From NCBI GenBank assembly GCA_015521535.1, contig WAOA01000018.1, positions 1 to 26,236 on the forward strand: 26,236 nt of DNA, written 5' to 3'. This DNA is from Candidatus Aenigmatarchaeota archaeon (GTDB taxonomy: Archaea > Aenigmatarchaeota > Aenigmatarchaeia > Aenigmatarchaeales > SZUA-1535). Below, in pieces: positions 18,211 through 25,700 of this stretch (within the stretch, counting starts at the first letter, position 1; every line of letters starts with the position of its first letter). The position numbers and the translations under genes are program-made. Under the pieces are notes generated by a model. It did not search any database. It was not told where the DNA came from and was given only the letters and a program-made list of their open reading frames with translations.

Positions 18211-18918
18211 ATGAAAGACGCATTTTTGAAGATTTGGGTAGCAATAACATCGTTTCTAGTAGCGGCAGTTCCGATAGCAATGGCAGCAACTCCGGGGCCT
18301 GCAGAAGTAACAGATATAGCGCAAAAAGGACCGTACTCATATACACCCACAACTCCGTCAACAACAGTCCAAGCAGGTTATATCAGATTAGCGAATGTCT
18401 CTACTGAGATGTCAACATATCACTGGGCAGGTATCTACGGTAATGCATCAGGTACGCTTGTATTGGGAGATGCTTCAGGTAGTAAAATGTATACCTGGAC
18501 GGCGACAGCAACTTATGTTTTCTTCGATGACGATAATACAATAAACTGGGGTACGATTGATAACGCCACATGTACAGATATAGGAACCAGTTTCAGTTTT
18601 ATAGCAGATTCCACGGGCGCTAGCGATAGTTGTTCTAATACATTTACCAATTCAGGTCCTACAAACTTCAAGTCAATAGGAAATGTGTTGAGCACGGCTT
18701 ACGCATTAACATACGACAACACCCAAACTCCAACTTGGAAGACATATGCCGTAAAAGATACCACACAGGGAGATGTATTCTTTGCAGCAGAAACAATTAC
18801 CACACCGGGAACTGCTTTTGATGGTTCACCCGCAAACTATCAAGCAATACTACCAGAAAACGGCGAGAATGCAGATACAACAACCCAGACATACTATATA
18901 TGGATAGAACTATTCTAA
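18211..18918 (+). CDS. Secreted 235-aa Thr-rich stand-alone domain A protein; candidate major structural subunit (filament or lattice)
   Basis: Sec-type signal MKDAFLKIWVAITSFLVAAVPIAMA; QAGYIRLANV, WAGIYGN.SGTLVLGD.SG..MY.W, AFDG...YQAILP, YYIWIELF; monocistronic with own promoter and terminator; ACA/GCA-biased codons unlike its neighbours. Confidence 0.7.
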   Translation: MKDAFLKIWVAITSFLVAAVPIAMAATPGPAEVTDIAQKGPYSYTPTTPSTTVQAGYIRLANVSTEMSTYHWAGIYGNASGTLVLGDASGSKMYTWTATATYVFFDDDNTINWGTIDNATCTDIGTSFSFIADSTGASDSCSNTFTNSGPTNFKSIGNVLSTAYALTYDNTQTPTWKTYAVKDTTQGDVFFAAETITTPGTAFDGSPANYQAILPENGENADTTTQTYYIWIELF

Positions 18919-18920
18919 AA

Positions 18921-18955
18921 CTTCTTGTCTTCTTTTTCTTCTTTTTTATAATTTT
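18921..18955 (+). terminator. Pyrimidine/oligo-T archaeal terminator
   Basis: CTTCTTGTCTTCTTTTTCTTCTTTTTTATAATTTT immediately after the stop at 18918. Confidence 0.65.
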
Positions 18956-18956
18956 A

Positions 18957-19101
18957 CGGGTCGTGTCCGGATAACCGCGAATTACGCGATAGAGCACATG
19001 TACTCGGCGAGACCCGGGAAATATCGAAGTATTTCCGTGTAAAAGTTCATGTTCTATAGTTAATTCTTTTGTGAATCGCGAGAAACGCTTATCCGGACCC
19101 G
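18957..19101. other. Nested imperfect hairpin of about 145 nt; candidate structured RNA or cis element
   Basis: GTCCGGATAA (18965-74) pairs with TTATCCGGAC (19089-98); CGCGAATTAC with GTGAATCGCG; ATAGA..ACATG with CATGTTCTAT; inner GGAAATAT-CGAA-GTATTTCC. Confidence 0.45.
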
Positions 19102-19196
19102 GTAGATATTATAACGGTGTTAGAGAACTTCGTAAAGAAATTGCTCGAATTCTGTGAAAAAACAGGAATAGATCCGTAACAAAGTTGGGTATTACT

Positions 19197-20189
19197 CTAA
19201 ACAGCCCCGAATTTCGAGAATAACAGCAACTCAAGTGCTATTAAAATCGAGATGAACAGAAGCACGTAATAGTCAGAGTTCAGCGGTATTCTTTCATTCT
19301 TCACAACTATGTTTTTCATGGATTCCTCAAAAGCGGTTTCATTAGTCACAAAGAAGAATTTTCCACCCGTTTCCTGAGAAATTTTCCGCAAATTTCTATC
19401 ATCCAATTTAGGGAACGAGAATTTAATTCCTTTCTTCTTCGCAACTTTCTCCAGTTCGCTAATCAACTCTCTCGTTTCATTTGTCACACCTATGCCTATT
19501 GTATAGATAACTATTTTTTTATCTCTGGCCTCTTTAAGCGCGAGAGTAAGGTTTCTTCCTGCATTATTTTCGCCGTCCGTAATTATAATTAAAAACCTCT
19601 GCTTATCGGAATCCGCAAGAACGCTCGCTCCCGCGAAAATCGCTTCTCCTATGGCGGTACCGCTACTATTACTTTCAACTTTCAGCGATAAAATTTTGTT
19701 TTTTATTTCAAACGTATTCAGAGTTAAGGAAGTTAACGGAGCAGCCCTTTCGGAAAATTTTATCACACATAGCTTGGAAGCCCCAGGCAAAGAGTCCATC
19801 CAGTCCAGAATAGTTTGTTTAGCAAACTCTATTCTGTTTGGCTCGTAATCAGGAAGAAGCATTGTCTGAGAAACATCTACCGCTATGCAGAAATCTGTGT
19901 TTGCAACTGGTTTTACAAGACTAACCTGTATTGATTCTGTTGCAACGAGAAAAAGCAGGGTTACCGTAATTAACTTTACCGCAAGCAGCCAGGGACTCGG
20001 CACTATGGATTTGTATCCGTGAACTTTTTTAAGCGTATGAAAATTCGCGAATTTTAAAATTCTATTCTTTCTCATTTTCGTCATTAAGATATAGGAAATT
20101 GTAACTATTGCTAACAGCAGCAATAGCATTCCTATGCTTCTCCAGGGAAGCATAATCACAACCTTTATTCCTAAAAATTCTATTTCCAT
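19197..20189 (-). CDS. Membrane-anchored von Willebrand factor A protein, BatA-like
   Basis: Two N-terminal TMs with ILKFANFHTL between them; MIDAS-like AVDVSQTM, GTAIGEAI, IITDGENN, IYTIGIG, ISQETGGKFF; C-terminal TM. Confidence 0.9.
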   Translation of the reverse strand: MEIEFLGIKVVIMLPWRSIGMLLLLLAIVTISYILMTKMRKNRILKFANFHTLKKVHGYKSIVPSPWLLAVKLITVTLLFLVATESIQVSLVKPVANTDFCIAVDVSQTMLLPDYEPNRIEFAKQTILDWMDSLPGASKLCVIKFSERAAPLTSLTLNTFEIKNKILSLKVESNSSGTAIGEAIFAGASVLADSDKQRFLIIITDGENNAGRNLTLALKEARDKKIVIYTIGIGVTNETRELISELEKVAKKKGIKFSFPKLDDRNLRKISQETGGKFFFVTNETAFEESMKNIVVKNERIPLNSDYYVLLFISILIALELLLFSKFGAV

Positions 20190-21076
20190 ATCCTTTCACC
20201 GAAAAGATTTACTATCATTTTAACCATATTCTTTTCCGTAGTATAGACCTTTGCGAAAAGCGCTCCCGCTTGTGTGAATTTATTCTTTATCTCCTCTTCT
20301 TCTCTCCTTGCGTTTTCGTTGAATTCATCTCTTATCTTATCGGCATCAACAAGATTTATTTCTCCTGTAGCAGGGTCCTGAATGTAAATCTTGCCAACAC
20401 CTTCCGGAATGTAACTGTCGAAAGGATCTCTTATCATAATTCCGGCCACTCCTTCAAATTTGTTTGAAGCTTTCAAAACAAAGTCGTAAAGTTCCTCTTT
20501 CGGGCCTATGAAGTCGGAGAGAATGAAAACAAAAGAATCGGGTCCAAAAGTTTCGAGAACGGCGGGAGTAATTATACCCCATCTTTTTTCCCCGCCGTAA
20601 ATATTTTTATCCGTTAAAACTTTTGCTATTTGGAGGACCGTATCTATGCTTACCGAAGGGTCTATAAACACTTTTATCTCGTCGGAAAACCCGATCATGC
20701 ACACTCTATCTCCAAGAGTATGCGAAACAAGAGCAAGGGTTGTGGCTAGAATTGAAGCATATTCGTTTTTCACGAGTTCGGTTGTGCCAAGCGTCATGGT
20801 TGTGGAAAGGTCTACTATATAAATTATATCCAACTTTCTCTCTTCCTTGAAAACCTTAACATGCGGCTTTCCTGTTCTTGCATAGGAGTTCCAGTCGATA
20901 AACCTGGCATCGTCCGCTTCCGTATATTCTCGCAACCTATCAAATTCAATACCTCTTGAAGTAATCACCTTATAATAAATGAACTGAAATTTCAGAAGTT
21001 CCACCAGTTTCCACACGTTTATAATACTTCTCTTCCATAAATCGTTAAATTCTAAAGTTGAGACGTTTACCTTCAC
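20180..21076 (-). CDS. DUF58 family protein (MoxR-associated, vWA-like)
   Basis: GIEFDRLREYTEADDARFIDWNSYART...VKVFKEER, VDLSTTM, LSDF; GTGA start/stop overlap with moxR. Confidence 0.9.
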   Translation of the reverse strand: MKVNVSTLEFNDLWKRSIINVWKLVELLKFQFIYYKVITSRGIEFDRLREYTEADDARFIDWNSYARTGKPHVKVFKEERKLDIIYIVDLSTTMTLGTTELVKNEYASILATTLALVSHTLGDRVCMIGFSDEIKVFIDPSVSIDTVLQIAKVLTDKNIYGGEKRWGIITPAVLETFGPDSFVFILSDFIGPKEELYDFVLKASNKFEGVAGIMIRDPFDSYIPEGVGKIYIQDPATGEINLVDADKIRDEFNENARREEEEIKNKFTQAGALFAKVYTTEKNMVKMIVNLFGERIWK

Positions 21077-22083
21077 GGAACTTCTACCCCTTCGAGAATC
21101 TCGTCTATAATTTCATCCGTGCTTATGCCGGCTGCTTTACCTTCATAGTTAAGGATTATTCTATGTCTTAGTACAGGATGCGCTACAAGTTTTACATCGC
21201 CTGGGGTAACAAAATCCCTTCCATCCATCAGAGCCACGGCTCTTGCCGCTAAAGCAAGAGAAATACTACCTCTCGGAGAGGCACCGTATCTTATATATTT
21301 CGAATATTTTATTTTCTCGTCTTTCGTTCGTGTAGCGGTGATTATCCTTAAAATGTACTCTTTCACCGGCCTTGAAACGTAAATTTTTCTAACATCTCTT
21401 TGAATGTTAAGAATCGTTTCTCTGTCCATCACGGATTTTACCGGATCGAAAATATTATATCTTACAAGTGTATTCCTATCTATAATCTCTAATTCCTCAT
21501 CCCATTTCGGATAATCGACAAGAATTTTCATGAAAAATCTATCAACTACCGCCTCTGGCAGCGGATAAACACCCTGCTGCTCCAAAGGATTCTGCGTGGC
21601 AAGCACAAGAAAGGGCTTCTCCAATATAAACTCTTCTTTATGGATGTTAACCTTCCTTTCCTGCATCGCTTCCATCATCGCTGCCTGCGTTTTCGGAGGC
21701 GCTCTGTTTATCTCGTCTGCCAGTATAAAATTAGCGAAGATAGGGCCCTTTATGATATAGAAATCGCCTTTTACGGGATTGAAAGCATTAACTCCTATAA
21801 TATCCGAAGGAAGCATATCCGGTACGAACTGTATTCTTCTGAAAGTTGTTCCTACTATGCATCTTGAAAGCGTTTCGACGAGTAAGGATTTAGCTAGTCC
21901 CGGTACGCCTTCCAAAAGCGCGTGAGCATCGCAAATCAAACAGATTAGCACGTGCTCTATTACCTCATTCTGACCCACAACAACTTTTTGAATTTCTTTT
22001 TTCATTTTTTTGAGAATATTCTGATAGTTTTTTATGGTCTTTTCAGGAAGGCTGCTTTCCTTTCCAGGAAGATATCTTTTCAT
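21073..22083 (-). CDS. moxR: MoxR family AAA+ ATPase
   Basis: LLEGVPGLAKS, RIQFVPDMLPSDIIG, LADEINRAPPKTQAAMMEAMQER, ATQNPLEQQGVYPLPEAVVDRF, GASPRGS. Confidence 0.95.
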   Translation of the reverse strand: MKRYLPGKESSLPEKTIKNYQNILKKMKKEIQKVVVGQNEVIEHVLICLICDAHALLEGVPGLAKSLLVETLSRCIVGTTFRRIQFVPDMLPSDIIGVNAFNPVKGDFYIIKGPIFANFILADEINRAPPKTQAAMMEAMQERKVNIHKEEFILEKPFLVLATQNPLEQQGVYPLPEAVVDRFFMKILVDYPKWDEELEIIDRNTLVRYNIFDPVKSVMDRETILNIQRDVRKIYVSRPVKEYILRIITATRTKDEKIKYSKYIRYGASPRGSISLALAARAVALMDGRDFVTPGDVKLVAHPVLRHRIILNYEGKAAGISTDEIIDEILEGVEVP

Positions 22084-22309
22084 AGGTTTTATAATGTAAT
22101 TTGAAATTAATAAAAGTTAAGAGATATTCAGAACTGTCCGGATAACAACGCTTAAATGGTTTTCGATCCTATACTCAAATTTTTGAGATTTATTAACACG
22201 AAATGTCCTAAAAAAGACGCGATGTTTAAATATAGCAACGACAAGTCTTTCACGCCTCGCAGAATATTTCGCGGTTAATGATCTTTTCGTTAATTAAGGT
22301 ATTCTCATA

Positions 22310-22332
22310 ACCGAATTCGGTAAGTTTATATA
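22310..22332 (+). promoter_or_regulatory. 12-bp palindrome ACCGAATTCGGT abutting the TATA box TTTATATA of the 22357 gene
   Basis: Perfect palindrome at 22310-22321; TATA at 22325-22332, 25 nt upstream of the ATG. Confidence 0.45.
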
Positions 22333-22356
22333 ATGTAGCGCTATCTATTTTAAATT

Positions 22357-22740
22357 ATGAAAAATAATACAAAAATCAAAATGATCGTAACGGTAATTAT
22401 ATTAACAGCATTTCTGTTTTTATTTGCCTTAGCCCCTTGGTTGAACGATAAGGAAATTCGAAATAGAATATTAAAGGAAAGAGGGTTGAAGGACGGATCT
22501 GTTGTTCCTGTAGAGTATTATAAAAAACATGTAAACATAACTGAAGATCTTCTGCAAAAAATGATAGAGGAAAGTAAAAAGAAGGGAGTAGAAAACGGGA
22601 TATTAATTTGTGATTATAATGTAATGTGGGCCCCTTTCGGAAGGTGGGTTGTGAGCTGCGAAGGAGGATACTATGTAACCTTTTGGGGCGAGCCTATTTA
22701 TCCGCCTTCCGGCAGAGGGGGAATAATTTTAAATAAATAA
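22357..22740 (+). CDS. Small N-terminally anchored protein with a Cys pair, hypothetical
   Basis: N-terminal TM or signal; CDYNVMWAPFGRWVVSCEGGYYVTFWG; own TATA. Confidence 0.6.
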   Translation: MKNNTKIKMIVTVIILTAFLFLFALAPWLNDKEIRNRILKERGLKDGSVVPVEYYKKHVNITEDLLQKMIEESKKKGVENGILICDYNVMWAPFGRWVVSCEGGYYVTFWGEPIYPPSGRGGIILNK

Positions 22741-22742
22741 AA

Positions 22743-25700
22743 TTATTTAACTTCCATGAAGATTTTTATCAAATCGTTTGTTCCTTTAAGATCTCTTAAT
22801 AATGCAGGAATTCTTGCTTCGTAATCATATGTTCCGTAAGTTCCCTGAGCGTCGGAATTAATTTTTGTGATGAATATCAAATCCTGTGTACCATTATACT
22901 CTGTTCCTCCGTCACCGGAATCCCATAAAATACCTGTGATGAAATTACCGTTATTACTGTCTGTTGAATTTATCACGGGGACATCGCAAACCGTACGCGA
23001 GCCTATTTCAAAGCACGCTGTAGTATCTGCTACACCATCGTTGTTTTTATCGTAAAGCGCTTCTACCGAATCACTGAATCCTGTCATGTTAAGGGCCTGA
23101 TCAGCCTCGGTAAAATCATTTGTGCCGTTAAGCGGCATTAAATCAGCGAAAGCGTAATCCGAGTCGTAATCAGCAAAGTATAAATTACCTTGCTGCGTCA
23201 TCGGAATCCATACACTAAAGTTATTTCCTGCACTGTCTTTTATAGCTATCCATCCGTTTGTATGTCCGTAATAAATCGCCCATCCGCTCACATTGTAAGT
23301 AGTGCTGTTAAAGTTATTACTTTCATTCGTTTCGGATATCGTGTTTGCGGGATCTACAGTAACAGAGAAATTCCATGTTCCAGGTTTTGCAATCCATGTA
23401 AAGTTCACGAGTTCATAGGTGTTTGCAGTTATGTTAACCACGCTCTCGTTTGTTTGCTTAAGTATCCATACGGTTCCGTTAAAGCTGTAAATATCGAGTT
23501 GTACTGTTACATTTGTGGCATCTACACCGGCTTCTTCAGAGACATTTGCCGTAATCATCAGTACTTGATTTTCTACAATATTTTCCTGTGAAATATTGAA
23601 CATTATATTGTTCGCAACTAAATCAGGTTGCGTGCTCGCTCCAGTGAATGCTTCAAAACTCGTGACGTTAAACCAGATATGCGTGGCATTTTCTCCGTAA
23701 CCTTCAAGATTTGCAGGATCTATGAACTCCCATTGCGAACAATTTGCATTAACAAAGTCCCATGCTATGCAGTGGAGCACATTCTGAACGGTTACACCGT
23801 TTTTCGGAATAACAAGTTTTGCCTTTTCAAAAGCCAAACCTGTATCGTTTAGCGCGTATATTGGAGTGATAGCAGAAACGTTGCTCGGTAAAAAGCCCGC
23901 ATAGTTTTCAACGACCTGCTCTTCTATTTTTAAGTTCATTTTAGAAATATTTAGATTATAAATTCTTGATCCCAATCCGTCACTTACAGGCGTAAAACTC
24001 TTATAGGTATAATTTTCGTAAATTTCTAAAGATGCCGTAATGCTTCCGTATCCGCTTGCCACAAGATTATTATTTTTATCGTAAATTTCTATCCGTGTAT
24101 TAGGATTCACGTGATAACTTGAATTGTATGAATTTACAACTATAGGCGTGGAGATATTCCAGGTAATGTTTATATTATATACTTCAGGTCCGTTCAGTGC
24201 TGTTTTGGTAAACAAACCTATTTTCACGTATATGGAATCCGAAGTAATTCCGGAGAGATCACAGTTCGAAGGTGAAGATGTACAGTTAACGAGGAATACA
24301 TTATTCCAGTTATAAACTTCATAGGTGATATTTCCGTTATTAAGTATATGATCCGCGGAGAATTTTTCCCATTTACCGAGTTTAAGCGGTTTAATGAGAA
24401 TTGTTTTTACCCACGCATTATGCTTTCTGCTTTCTTCAACTTCTTCGAAAACTTTATCCACATAACCCTGTTTTCTTATTTCAGCCGAGAGATTCGTTCT
24501 AAAGTAGTAATAAAATCCGCAGGTCGCAGGGTCAGCGTTAACCTTACTGTTAACCTGCGGAGTTACCGTAAATGAAGTTTTTCCTCTGATATCTTGGCTA
24601 ACATCCTTTGGCCATGTGCTTATATGGGTTAGTGTACACCCGTCTATTCCAGGCGAGTAAACCCCGTAACACGAACCTTCTACCGTGACGTTAAATCTCT
24701 CGTATGTTTCTCCTGCAGCACAGGTAGTATTATCTGCATACGAACCGCCAAAGCCGAGATCGCCCGCTGCTTCTAAGTCGACACTACCTGAGTAAAACTC
24801 GTATCCGGCAGGTGCGTTGAACGCCATCGGACAACTACCGCCTGTAGTAGAGCCGGAACATGTCTGGCTCGCGGAATAAGAATCGAAAACACTACTTGAG
24901 TTGCTTTCGCTTTCCACAAGCATGTTTCCGTAATACATGTAAACCGTTGTATTGCCTGCGCTTATTTCAGGCAGTCTTATCCAGATTTTTGTTTGTGTGG
25001 TATTACAATTACCTTCTAAGTAGTACGGAATCTCTTTTTCTTCACCGTTAGTCATATTTATCCATGTAAATCTAATATCTTTACACGTAGAATTCATTTT
25101 ACTCGCGGATATTAAATTCTGTGTATCGACAGTAAGATTAACCTGGAAATCGGTTAGTGTTTGAGAATTGTTTATTATCATGGGTTTTCTGTAAAGATAA
25201 CATTTTCCTTCGATATACCAACAGAAATCTATACTTAATTTATTACTAACACTAGCATTTTCACTCTGATTTATTCCGGATTTTGTTGCAAAATAATCTT
25301 GCCATAGCGTTGCGTTTACAGTAAAACTTATGCTGCTCCATCCTATCCTTCCCGCGGTGTCATTGGCATAAACATAAAGTTCATTTGTTCCTGGCTTTGC
25401 TGCTATGCTTGTGTTTGGTGTGAACGTTTCATTCGCCTTACCGTTTATCGAGAACCACCATGTATCAATTGGTTTATTCGAAACAACTTCCAAAGGTATG
25501 TAGTTTGTAGTGCTATAAGTCTTTGATTGAGGTGAGAGTATATCTATGACAGGAGCCGTAGTAGATATTCTCACACTTCTTAATCCACTCGCGCTCCAAT
25601 GGTTATAGGAATCGTTAGCATATACGCGATAATAGTAAGTTCCGTCATTTAAGTCTGTCACATTAAACCAGAAACTTCTCGATGTTAATGTGTTCATAGT

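Noticed and set aside
18211-18290. Major subunit as a type IV pilin or archaellin
   Set aside because: No [KR][GA] class III cleavage motif before the hydrophobic stretch; the signal ends in a signal-peptidase-I-like AMA site.
18957-19101. Hairpin as a SECIS element or intact MITE
   Set aside because: No in-frame UGA in the flanking genes, no target-site duplication and no transposase in the window. Kept only as an unassigned structure.
19071-19179. Short frames resembling an aminotransferase motif (YYNGVRELRKEIARIL, 19071-19157) and an amphipathic helix (YPDPVDIITVLENFVKKLLEF, 19075-19179)
   Set aside because: Under 35 codons, one has no start, both overlap the hairpin, and the similarity is too short to separate from chance.
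424-25051. Many short ORF-track entries antisense to or overlapping longer genes (e.g. 1139-1501, 4876-5130, 5188-5607, 9304-9558, 11306-11677, 13964-14326, 17462-17743, 23190-23591)
   Set aside because: Shadow frames of well-supported genes with no recognisable motifs or expression signals.
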